Assembly (NCBI GenBank): GCA_002811645.1
Contig: PDIP01000037.1
Coordinates: 7,345-71,344 of the forward strand
DNA from: Corallochytrium limacisporum Hawaii
Taxonomy: Eukaryota > Protista > Pluriformea
DNA: 64,000 nt
Direction of reading: 5' to 3'
Below, in pieces: positions 30,097-40,392 of the stretch (position 1 is its first letter; every line of letters begins with the position of its first letter). The notes under the pieces are model-generated. The model searched no databases and was not told the DNA's origin. It worked only from the letters and a program-made list of their open reading frames with translations. The position numbers were made by a program, and so were the translations under genes.

Positions 30097-32661
30097 TCAA
30101 ATTGGGAACTCTGGCAAGACAAGGTAGTTGTTGCGATCCACGGTGCCGTCCTCCTTCTCATTCTCCACGAATGGTTCCGCGGCATTGCACAGGTAGTTGC
30201 CGTCCACAATGTACTTGTACTCATATCGTCCGGGGGACAGGCGCACTGGGGAGCCACTGACATCACCGCCATCGTAGTTGTCTAGCTCAAACTTCTCCGT
30301 CCAATTGTCCCAAGACCCCATAATCTCAACCTTTAGTCCTGGTTTGGGCACAATGTTAATCTTGGTCTCTGCCATAGACTTCGTGGCAGTTGCCGTACCA
30401 CCGTTGATGCTCATCTTCTGCTTCAGGTCATGCTCTGCTAGCGCAATATCAGCCTCGTGGGCGACACCAGTCCATTTGAACATGACCGGGACACCGTCGT
30501 GTAAGGGTTCACGCAGGTACTTACCGCAGCGCTGAAATTCACGATACCATTCCATGGCCACCGTCGACAGGTCCATCACCGAGGCACGGGCATTGGAGCG
30601 CAACTGATCGTACTGATCTTTCTGCCGGAAAATGTTCAGGGAACGCTCAATTGCATAGATTAGGTCACCTTCGGTGTGTGCCTCCATGGTGAAACCGTTG
30701 CCCTTCTGTGTATGCACCATGTACTCATGTACCGTGTCCTTCAGGCCTCCGGTGCGGTAGGCAATGACTGGTGTACCAGCGACGAAGAACTCTTGCTGCA
30801 CAATGCCGCCAGGCTCAAAGAGACTAGGCATGAGACCAAAATCGGCGCCCAGGTTGGCCACTGGTCCGTCAGTGAAGAATTCGTCCGGCTTGGCCCAGAA
30901 ACAGTGCTCATACTGACCCCGAAGGTGCCATGACTGCTCTGTGGCAGCCCGAGAGTATTTGGAATTGTCACCCATACCACCGACCAGGAATTGCACCCGT
31001 CCTTGGTGATGATGCACAAGATGTGGCACAATATTCAGAATCAAATGTACGCCCTTCTGTTCCGTAATGCGACCGACAAAGCAGAAGAGGGGAATGTCCA
31101 TCTGTGGCTCGTGCATACCAAAGTACTTGCGCTGCAGGTATGCCTTGGCCTCGTAGTGGTCCTTGAAGGGCAGCGACTTGAGTTTGGCCTCACGATTTGC
31201 CTCGTTGATGCCGTTGACATGGGCAAAGGGACGGTGGAAGCGACGCAGAAGGGGTGCCACGGGCTTACCTTCTTCCATCAAATTGGCACGGTAGGTCGGG
31301 CTGACTGTGCCCCACTGGTCCGCACACAGCAGAGCCGCCCGACTCGGACTCACAATGGTCTTCTTCCAGTACGGATCGCAGACTAGGTTCTCGTGCAGAT
31401 GGTGAATGTGGTTCAGGGTACCCTCCGACGGTTCCGGATAGAGACGGCCCTGGTAGTCCTCCTCAAAGTTGTGAAGAATGTGGAAGAACTGGGTTTCGTT
31501 GAACACATCCCCGAAGGGACCACGGCGAGCGTAGGCTGGTACCATGCCCGTAAACCAATCGTTTGTGACTACCATGTCCGGAATAATCCGTTCCACGCAC
31601 AACAGCTCCAGAGAGGCCTTCGCCATGAGCACAATCATCTGCATAGAATAGGTGGACGACTGCGAGTCCGGGTACGGCTGGGGGAAGAAGGTAGGGTTGT
31701 GTAAGAAGTAGAGCTTGGTGCGGTTATAGTATCCAGCATGTACACCCAGTGTAATCCGCTCGTTGCCCACCCATGTATGAATGTTCCGGGTGTAAGTGAT
31801 GCCATCTTTCTTCAGATAGTCGTACTCACCCTTTTTGTTGCGATCGTAGAACGGGGACACGACAATGATGTCCAGGCCCAGCAGTGAAAGACGCTGGGTC
31901 AACTCCTCGACCATCACTCCAAGCCCACCGATGGTGGAGAACTTGCCCAACTCCGGAGTCATGAAGACAATGCGCCGCAGACGCGCCTTCTTGACAATGT
32001 CCCGGGCTAGTCGCTGCACAGAGCCTGGCTGTAATCCGGGAGGGTCGAGGCTGATCTGTCTTTGCAGGCTGGCGGCGGGCTTAATGCGCTTAGTCAATTC
32101 CAGGAGCCACCCAAGCACATTCTCCTGTGTCCGCTGCTGCGGGTTGTCCTCACCATCCCGCTCAACAGCTGCGACGAACAGGCCGATCCTCAGCGCACTG
32201 GCGACGATCTTAAATGTGTGCTCGTTTTGTACCCTACGAATCTTCGGGAGGTCTGGGCCACCGTCGCTCTTGTCTCCGTCTGTGTTTTTGGATACTACCA
32301 GGGGATACATGAGCTTCTTGAGCATTAGGGCCATGGAGGACCGCATCTTGTCCTCACTTTCCACCGCATGCTTCAGTACGGTCTTGTACAGCAGATTCTC
32401 CCTATATTTGTCCGGATCACCGCTCTTCAGACCATCCAATAGTGCATCCAGGGTCTTGTGATAAACATTGAGCATAAACACAGTATCATTTTCGGAGTCC
32501 TCATTGACCTCGATCTTCTGTCCCTCAGAGAAGCTCTGTGACGCGAGCCAGATGGCACGGACCTGATCTTTCACATCGATGGCTCCACCATTTTCACTAA
32601 CGGACTCGAGAGTCTTTACGATCTGCGACTGCAGAGTATCCCACAGTTGACCATTAACCAT
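30097..32661 (-). CDS. GT5 glycogen/starch synthase with C-terminal CBM48
   Basis: 'TPELGKFSTIGGLG', 'NDWFTG', 'FVGRITEQKG', 'MPSLFEPGGIVQ', 'TGGLKDTV'; CBM48 'GSWDNW...LSPGRYEYKYIVDG'. Confidence 0.9.
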   Translation of the reverse strand: MVNGQLWDTLQSQIVKTLESVSENGGAIDVKDQVRAIWLASQSFSEGQKIEVNEDSENDTVFMLNVYHKTLDALLDGLKSGDPDKYRENLLYKTVLKHAVESEDKMRSSMALMLKKLMYPLVVSKNTDGDKSDGGPDLPKIRRVQNEHTFKIVASALRIGLFVAAVERDGEDNPQQRTQENVLGWLLELTKRIKPAASLQRQISLDPPGLQPGSVQRLARDIVKKARLRRIVFMTPELGKFSTIGGLGVMVEELTQRLSLLGLDIIVVSPFYDRNKKGEYDYLKKDGITYTRNIHTWVGNERITLGVHAGYYNRTKLYFLHNPTFFPQPYPDSQSSTYSMQMIVLMAKASLELLCVERIIPDMVVTNDWFTGMVPAYARRGPFGDVFNETQFFHILHNFEEDYQGRLYPEPSEGTLNHIHHLHENLVCDPYWKKTIVSPSRAALLCADQWGTVSPTYRANLMEEGKPVAPLLRRFHRPFAHVNGINEANREAKLKSLPFKDHYEAKAYLQRKYFGMHEPQMDIPLFCFVGRITEQKGVHLILNIVPHLVHHHQGRVQFLVGGMGDNSKYSRAATEQSWHLRGQYEHCFWAKPDEFFTDGPVANLGADFGLMPSLFEPGGIVQQEFFVAGTPVIAYRTGGLKDTVHEYMVHTQKGNGFTMEAHTEGDLIYAIERSLNIFRQKDQYDQLRSNARASVMDLSTVAMEWYREFQRCGKYLREPLHDGVPVMFKWTGVAHEADIALAEHDLKQKMSINGGTATATKSMAETKINIVPKPGLKVEIMGSWDNWTEKFELDNYDGGDVSGSPVRLSPGRYEYKYIVDGNYLCNAAEPFVENEKEDGTVDRNNYLVLPEFPI

Positions 32662-35364
32662 TGTGTCTAGCGTATGACAAACTAAAAGACAAATAAATGA
32701 TCACCTATCTAACCCAGAGATCTCCGTTGGAACATGCAGCTGTGATCTCTACAGGTGATTGTTAATCTCGCGGGTGACTATATCGCCTGGAGACAAGAGG
32801 TGAGTATCCTACAGCTCACTGTGGTATCTACACTCTGCTACCCGTGGCTCTCGCATTCTCATACCTGCTCAGCTCATGCCATCCGAGTAGCTTAGTCTTT
32901 CCCAAACATACAAACGCGGGTCTGCTTCGTGCCCCCCGGTACCCTCCAGCCCCATACCAAAAACACTCTGCACTGGACCGGGGTCTTAGAGATTGCAAAC
33001 TCCCCACCCTTCCCTCCCGACCTCCCCCCCGGGGAATGGGGGACTCGTCCTACCCGTTTTTGGGCGGTCCCGTCATTGGGGACAGTACTATTACTGCTAC
33101 TACTGTACTACCAATACCACTACCAAATCGCTATGGCCGCAAAAGTTCGGAGTTTGGTGTATTCCAAAAGGCGAGATATTAAGGAGCAAGCGGTGTGCCG
33201 TGTTGACACACTATGCCGCTGCGCTCATTTTTTTGTTTGGGTTCCCAGATTCCTCCCTCGTCCCACTATTCGCATGGGCCGTGGCGAGGCTAGACCAACA
33301 GATTCCGTCACATCATGCACTTGCTTCTGCGTATGGAGACGTGGTATCCAATAGTGTGGGTGAGTCTATCAATGTAAGAATGTGCTCAACCAAGTATTGA
33401 GTGCAATATGGTAAGCTTACTGTCGCTCTTCGTATTCGTGTCGCTCCTTTCGTAAGCGGGCCTCCCACAGTACACATACGCAAATCTCAGCGGATCGATT
33501 TGTGACGTTTCAGACCTGTACTTCATCATTCCCCATAGACAGGAGTAATGAAATTTGTCACTAAACCTGAAATTAAGGCCCCGCGCTAGGTAAGTTCATT
33601 TATTGGATTTAGTTGGGAATTTTAGGTTATCAGGTTATTGGGTTTGTGTGACATTGGGGAGCGTAAGGGAACCGCTTACTGCCTGGAGGGCAAGGTTCGA
33701 ACAAGCACATGTCGGCAAATGATCTTGATTTCCCCGTCTTTATGGTGACATCCCATCTCATCTTCCGTTATCGATCTAGTAACTGTCTCACTCGACCTCA
33801 TAGGACCCGTGTTGGACATCCCATGAACAGCTGCATCGACGGGCGGGCCCGCCTGGCAAGAGACGACATCCTAGCGGCGCGGTGCAATGGCTCACCAGAA
33901 AGTCCGCGACGTCCCTAGTCAATGTCTGGCTACACGGGAAGAAAATCTCGAGAGAGCGCATTCCTATTGTACACAGTTGAGACAGATAGTAGCAGCGTAA
34001 CCTGGCCAATCTGGGGACCCGGTGGAGTTTTGGGAGGGCTGCTCCTAAGCGCGTGTGTGGGATATTTGGTAGGGCCCATGGAAGTAGCAAAAAAACCAAT
34101 TAGGTAATGCGGCGGTAGCGCTTCAAACCCTATCGACACCTGGAACACCACGGGAAAAACAGAAGAAGATTTTTTTGGTTCAAGACACGAACAACTGACA
34201 GTATGCTGAACCATTCTCCTTTGGATGCGAAAGCTCTGTGATCCTTGCGCTACAATTTTTGCCGCGTAGGAGTGGTGTATGTGAGATCTCGGCCGCCCAT
34301 GGCCGTGGTGATGGTCGTTGCATCTCCATAAATTTTCCTTGACCTTTGGGGCGTGGGGTCCCGGAGAGTATGACCACAAGTTCGCTCCCTCTCACACTCG
34401 CTGTGGGCTGCTTTGTGTTCGCCTTTCTTGTAATCTGCCGGAACTGCCTGCCCATGGATGGATAGTGGGATGTTCCACGGGCTTTCACCACTTTAGGCAA
34501 TGGTGGGTAACACATGGGCGAATTAGCTGTATATCCACACACACCAACACCGAAGGGACTTTCATCTCTTATGCACATATTAGTCGCAAGGAAATACATG
34601 GGGTGGCGCTACCAGTTCCCTCAGTGAACCCTACGTTGAAGGAATTGTGGACGGCGAGAAAAAGGAGAGAAGAAACTCAGATCGTAGGGAGAGGGGAGGG
34701 GGGGAGGGGCCTGTTAGCCGGTCGGCGGTGGTGGAATGGAAGTAGCCCCTGACCTGGTTCGGCTGATAATCCATTTGCTGAGGCTGTGTCCCTTCCATAT
34801 CTGTACTGGTACCGGACCAAGTTTTCTCTTATTTGGGTTCTGTAAGCTCGCGGTCGCTTGGGAAAGGGCGGGGTTTCAATCGCATTTTGCTGTACGGGCG
34901 GGCGGCACTGCCATAAGTTTTTCTTTGGGTGCGGCAGGACCTTAGTAATGGGACGGTGTACGGAGTTTATATACTTTGAGGGATGGGCGTCCCGGTTTTG
35001 AAAGTGGAGCCCCCAGGAGCATTGTGATAGGGAGCGCAACCACTCGTCGGATGCTCCTTTTCTCATCAACCGGCATCAATGAGTGCGAGAACGCCAGAGA
35101 TTTCGGATGGCATACCTCAATATAGACTGATCGACAGTAGCATGACCTGCGTGCGATAGTGGTTGGTAGCGCTACGGCGGATAGGGGTGCTAGTAACCTA
35201 CATCTTATTTGAAGAACAACCCCTCTATTTGCCAGCTGGGCTGCTGCATGAGTGTTTCGTCAACATTAAATGTGAGTTTTGAGGTGCCAATAATATCACT
35301 AAACAGCGGAGCAATTGAGTGCTGAAATGGAAGGAGGTTGAGCTTCGTACGCATATTTTCTTGA

Positions 35365-36792
35365 ATGCAACCAACAATGACAATGCAGGCATACAAGATC
35401 GACGGCAAGGCCTCTGGAGCAGAAAAGCTGCGCCTTGTCCGCACCGAGAATATTTTCGACGCCGGCCTGGAGCCGGATGAGGTGCTGATAAATATTATGT
35501 GCTGTTCTTTGTACACTGACGGTATTGAGATCTCCTTTCCATCAGGCACCATTCCTGGAGCAGGTGTGGTGGGTCTGGTGCAGAGGTACGGCTCCCGCGT
35601 GAAAGAGATCAATCCAGAGCTGGCGGGTGCTGAGTGCAGGGTCGGTGTGTCCTACGGGGCGTTCTCCTGTGGCGATTGCTATCTATGCAAATCCGGGCAT
35701 GTGAATCGGTGTCCGAACTATAGACTCTTGGGGGAAGACGGCGGCGGTAGATACGGAGGCGGTTTGGCCGAGTACGCCATTGTGGACGCAGCGTTTTGCT
35801 TTGTGTTGCCAAAAGGTATGAAGGACACAGTGTTCCCAGCGGTGCTCACCGTGGGTGCATTGGCCCACCGTGTGCTGGAAGTCATTGCCAAATTCCTTCC
35901 CGGTGTTTCCGCCCATGGCTATTACGGACCACAAGGACTAGCTGTGTACAATGGTAAGGGAGGCCAAGAGAAACGGCTGCGTAAGTACAGCCAAGACGAC
36001 AGATGTCAGCGTCTGACCCTTTTGCCGGACGATTCAAAGGAACCCCAAAGGAGACTCGGCGTGTTTGGGGCCTATGGTAACTTCCCTGTCGCCATAGCGT
36101 ACCTGGCCAAGACATTTGGCCGCACCTGTGCGATTTTCACTGACCAGTTGGCGGAGCCTGAGGCCGTCGCGCTGGACAAGCTCGAGAAAACCATCCCGGG
36201 TGTGTGGGTGGGTAGCCACGACGAGTACAAGGTGGATTATCCCACTCCAGCTTTCGGGGTCTCCGATGTGTCATTGCTGGATGGCAGCGTCGTCGTTGTG
36301 TCGGGTGATGTCACTGCGGCGCCAGTATCACCGAACACCGGTCGCAAGTTGTCACCAAGCATGCGTCGGTCTCCGGAGTCACCCTTGACGTTCCTGCGCT
36401 CCGTGGTCGGTGGTAGCATTCCCAACACTCCAGTGAAGGAACAAGCATCGGGATTCGTGCAAGACCCCGCATCGGCAATGATTGAGCTGGCCATTGAACG
36501 GACAGTGCCGGGTGGCGCCATCGTCATCGTGGCTATCACAACAGACTGGCGGCCAGTGCTCAGTCCTGCGACCTGGCAGCGGGTATTCTCGACCAGCAAG
36601 CAACTATTAATGGTGGGACCGCGCATGCCACGGGAGTCGGTGGTTGGCGCTTTGCAAATGAGCAGTCACTTGAGCGCTCACATGAACACCAAGGTGTATG
36701 AGTACAATGAGGTGAAGACTGCCTGGGAAGATGGAGCTAGAGATCGGTACAATGGCACGGCTGTGGTGCGTGTATCTAAGGATGCCATCTGA
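35365..36792 (+). CDS. Zinc-binding (MDR) alcohol dehydrogenase-like protein, degenerate catalytic site
   Basis: Structural Zn motif CGDCYLCKSGHVNRC; 'GGLAEYAIV'; Rossmann-like 'LGVFGAYG'; GHE replaced by GAG. Alternative start at 35383. Confidence 0.75.
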   Translation: MQPTMTMQAYKIDGKASGAEKLRLVRTENIFDAGLEPDEVLINIMCCSLYTDGIEISFPSGTIPGAGVVGLVQRYGSRVKEINPELAGAECRVGVSYGAFSCGDCYLCKSGHVNRCPNYRLLGEDGGGRYGGGLAEYAIVDAAFCFVLPKGMKDTVFPAVLTVGALAHRVLEVIAKFLPGVSAHGYYGPQGLAVYNGKGGQEKRLRKYSQDDRCQRLTLLPDDSKEPQRRLGVFGAYGNFPVAIAYLAKTFGRTCAIFTDQLAEPEAVALDKLEKTIPGVWVGSHDEYKVDYPTPAFGVSDVSLLDGSVVVVSGDVTAAPVSPNTGRKLSPSMRRSPESPLTFLRSVVGGSIPNTPVKEQASGFVQDPASAMIELAIERTVPGGAIVIVAITTDWRPVLSPATWQRVFSTSKQLLMVGPRMPRESVVGALQMSSHLSAHMNTKVYEYNEVKTAWEDGARDRYNGTAVVRVSKDAI

Positions 36793-36917
36793 GTTGCGGG
36801 ACATTCACGTGGCGGGAACGTATTTCGCCCACTGCCTTTACACACGCATTTAAAGAATGAGGCACCTAGAATAGAAAATACAATTACATACTTTCACGAA
36901 CTACGTTCTTTACAATA

Positions 36918-37994
36918 TTACTGCGACTGATGTTTGAGCATATTTGCAATGTCCAAGTGGCGGATGATACTGTAGGCCATGTCCATGCGGGGAGTAGCAA
37001 CGCCGAGTTCCTTTCCAGTGCGGATCAGGTTGCCAAAGATTGCCTCAGTCTCCATGGGGCGACCGTTCATGAAGTCCAGAGTCATGCTGGGACGGTACGG
37101 ATCCATTGTCTTCGTGAGCACAATCATTTTGTCAATGGTCATGAGATGATCTGGGAATGGCTGCCCCAGCCTGGCTTCACTAACCGACTGTGCCTCTTCC
37201 ATCAGATCGCGGACAACCCGTTCCATGTACGGGTCAACAAGAATTGACCTAGTGTCTGCACAGCCAGCCATTACGGATGAACCGGAGACAGCAGAGTTCC
37301 ACAGAATCTTATGCCATCGCACAAGCTCAATGTTCCCTTCTTCAACGGCCTCGCAGCCAGCGCCTTTCAGTATATCTACCAGCTGTGTGAGTTGAGCGCT
37401 CTTGCCGCCGCCAACACGTCCAAGATGGATTGTTGAAAGGGTTTGGTGCCTAAAATTTCCCGATTTGAGCTGCGAGGCCGCAGCGTAGACTACACCGCTG
37501 ATGATCTCATTGTCTGGGTACGCCTTGGCTATATCACCATCAATTTCCACCCCATTTTGCATAAGCACAATACTTGTGTCGGGACCCTTGACTAATGGCC
37601 GTATCAGATCTGCAGTTATCAACTTAGCATCATATCCCTCCCCATTGTATCCCGTTGGTTTGCTAGAGGAAAGTGCTTTAATGGACACAAACAGATAGTC
37701 CCAAGGGTTGCTGGACTCCGCCCCTGCCGTCTCTATGCTCTTGTACACATGACATGGGGTAAAAGTGTACCTCCCGAAGAGGGTGCTGTCAAAGACTACG
37801 CCTTCCTTCTTCACATGATCATAGTTGGAACGACAGATAAAGTCTACATCAGCCAGGTTTGACACACCCGCTCTCGATCCAAAGAGAGCACCTATGGCAC
37901 CTGCGCCGACAACGAGCACTCGGGGTCTGGTTGCAGTGACTGCGGAACCTGCGACTGGCATCTCGTGCACTGTCTCTTCGCCAAATATAATCAT
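36918..37994 (-). CDS. panE: 2-dehydropantoate (ketopantoate) reductase, ApbA/PanE family
   Basis: VVGAGAIG Rossmann, 'LMQNG', 'RWHKILWN', 'YRPSMTLDF..GRPMETEAIFG'. Alternative start at 37961. Confidence 0.9.
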   Translation of the reverse strand: MIIFGEETVHEMPVAGSAVTATRPRVLVVGAGAIGALFGSRAGVSNLADVDFICRSNYDHVKKEGVVFDSTLFGRYTFTPCHVYKSIETAGAESSNPWDYLFVSIKALSSSKPTGYNGEGYDAKLITADLIRPLVKGPDTSIVLMQNGVEIDGDIAKAYPDNEIISGVVYAAASQLKSGNFRHQTLSTIHLGRVGGGKSAQLTQLVDILKGAGCEAVEEGNIELVRWHKILWNSAVSGSSVMAGCADTRSILVDPYMERVVRDLMEEAQSVSEARLGQPFPDHLMTIDKMIVLTKTMDPYRPSMTLDFMNGRPMETEAIFGNLIRTGKELGVATPRMDMAYSIIRHLDIANMLKHQSQ

Positions 37995-39228
37995 TATATC
38001 CAATACCGCTGGTCTCAACAACGAACGCTTCGCATTCCACAGACATGCACATCGCTGAATACCTTCCGCTTTGCGATGCAGGTGACTGGCGAATAGGAAT
38101 TCTGTCGTCACTATAGTCCATCAGACGTCCGAACCAGTGACAGGCTCTAGTCGCGGAGACGGCTCCCCCCCCTCCTCCCTCCCTTTCCACGTCCCCCATC
38201 TCCGGCTGGGGCCCTTTATTAACTATACCCCCTACCATCCTTTTGCTGACCTCGAATTGTACAAAGCGAGTGCAGGAATCGTACGTTTTCCATATCAAAA
38301 GAAGCCGCTGTTAGACCGGACTTCGCCACGGCCACTTACATGGACTGTCAAGAACAGATGCTGCTCATCGTTCCTTACCCATAAGAAGGCCGTCACCATG
38401 ATAGCACACATCCAGAACATAAAGAATTGGAATACCAGGCATCCTTGTGTCAAAATTCTGCAGTTTTTGCTCCTCCGACAATCGGTGATCTTGCCCTAGA
38501 GAAAGGGAGTCTATTTTCAAACTCAATGTTTCCAAAAATAATCCAAACTCCCCTCCCTACAGCCTTGCCGGAGATTACGCGTGGGAGTCGAGAGACACCC
38601 CCACCGGCAGGGATGTCACAGAGAGACGAAATGGGAGTGGGTCAAGGCTCTTGTGCTTGCACTCCACAACGCGTGTCATCTGCCTTACCTCTTGCTCTTT
38701 GCAGCTGCTTTGAATGCTGATTTACTGGGAGTCAGTGTCACAGTGTTGGTGGGTGGTACACTCTCTGGTCACTATCGTAGTGAGTGTCTGAGGGCTCCTA
38801 GTCGATGCGTGGATTACTCAGACCCTGCTGTCAGATCTATTGAACAGAGAAAGAAGCTGCGTGGAGGGACAATGCGCCGGGTACCTGCCCACCCGATACA
38901 AAATCTCTCCCGGGTAGCACCAGACCCCGTGACGCAACCCAGAAAAAATTCAGTGAATCGGAAGCAAGTACCTACGGAAGCGATGGCGGAGGGGAGTGTC
39001 ACGGACGTGGTATTCGGAGTGAGACGGCTGCTCTTGCCATCTCGTGTATGTACGTTCACAGCTTGTTACTGTGTTTGTCGTTTAGTGAGGCGAAAATAAG
39101 CTCTGGAATCACTGGTCTTTGGTGTTTGTACACAGTACAATATAGTCACTTCATTGCTCCGGTCTGGAAAGCTCTTGTGTGGACGATGGTCTGAGGTGGG
39201 GTTCCCGTACAGAAGTCAGAAGCAAACA

Positions 39229-40392
39229 ATGTTGAGATCATTGTGCAGAGTGCGCCAGCACAAGAACCACTTGCAGGCTGCTACTGCGTGGGCACTGCAA
39301 AGGACTGGACATACTTCCGTGGGGAATAGTGCTATATTATGTCACCGTCGGTTTGCAACCGAAGCAGTGGGTGCTGAACGGAGGACTGGCTTTGCCGGCT
39401 TCATTAGCAGAAATAAAAAGAAATTGGGAGTTGGCGGAGCACTTTTGGTTGCAGCAGAGTTAATCTCTATAGGGCTCACAGCCAAGATGGAGTACGAAAT
39501 CCCGTTGTCTGCCCGGGTCCGTTTGTATTTTGCGGTATCGAACTCTGACGACTACGCCTCAGCGGAGAAGCATTGGCACGCTGCACTAGAGACGGTGCGT
39601 GATCCTAAGGTAGCTAAACGGAGTCCAAGGGCTCTGATTGAAGTGTCCTTACCAGCTGGAGACTTCTACTACGAGCACGGTAGGTACAAACAAGCGATAG
39701 AGTGTTACGAAGACGCAGTGGCCATGATCATCATGCATCATAGCGAATCCAAACAGGATGGACTGGAACAGTACGGGCCCTTATTTGCTCATGCAGCCAA
39801 CAACATGGCAGACATCTACGAAAAGACGCGCAGGTACAAGAAAGCAGAAGATACTCTAAAGCTGGCACTCATGCTCACGGAGGAACTGGGTGAAATTAAG
39901 GGACATGACAGAGAGAGCCTGTACGCCATTCTCCACACTGCCCAGCGATTGGCCAACAGCTACCTTGATTCTGACAGGCCTGGAAAGGCAGTTGCGCTCT
40001 TCAAGCGTGCAGCCAGGATAGAAGAGGAACTCTTTGGACCAAATGATCCCGCCACTGTGGACACACTGAACAACTTGGCCATTGTGGCTTGCCAAGTAGA
40101 GGCCTACGAAACTGCCACGGAGGCAGCCAGACTGGCCCTATCGAGGGCAAGTGGAGGAGGCCCAGCTTCAAACCAGGTCCCGACAATTATGATTAATCTG
40201 GCAAGCGTCTACCGTCGTATGGGCAAGATAAATGCCGCATTTCAAACCATCAACAATGCTTTGGACATTTATGAAGAGGGTGAATTGGTTTTTGAAGAAG
40301 AGGATGTACAATATCTGAACAGTGAGAGGCAGAAGTTGGAAGCCGAAATGGGTGGATATGCAAGCCATCATTTGAATCCCAGTGGCGAATAG
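39229..40392 (+). CDS. TPR-repeat protein with predicted mitochondrial presequence and one TM segment
   Basis: Arg-rich N-terminus MLRSLCRVR...HRRFA; hydrophobic segment; TPRs 'NNMADIYEK.RRYKKAE', 'DTLNNLAIV', 'INLASVYRRMGK'. Confidence 0.8.
   Translation: MLRSLCRVRQHKNHLQAATAWALQRTGHTSVGNSAILCHRRFATEAVGAERRTGFAGFISRNKKKLGVGGALLVAAELISIGLTAKMEYEIPLSARVRLYFAVSNSDDYASAEKHWHAALETVRDPKVAKRSPRALIEVSLPAGDFYYEHGRYKQAIECYEDAVAMIIMHHSESKQDGLEQYGPLFAHAANNMADIYEKTRRYKKAEDTLKLALMLTEELGEIKGHDRESLYAILHTAQRLANSYLDSDRPGKAVALFKRAARIEEELFGPNDPATVDTLNNLAIVACQVEAYETATEAARLALSRASGGGPASNQVPTIMINLASVYRRMGKINAAFQTINNALDIYEEGELVFEEEDVQYLNSERQKLEAEMGGYASHHLNPSGE

Noticed and set aside
33655-33710. GGTTCGAA T-loop-like motif suggesting a tRNA
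   Set aside because: No acceptor, D or anticodon stems could be built.
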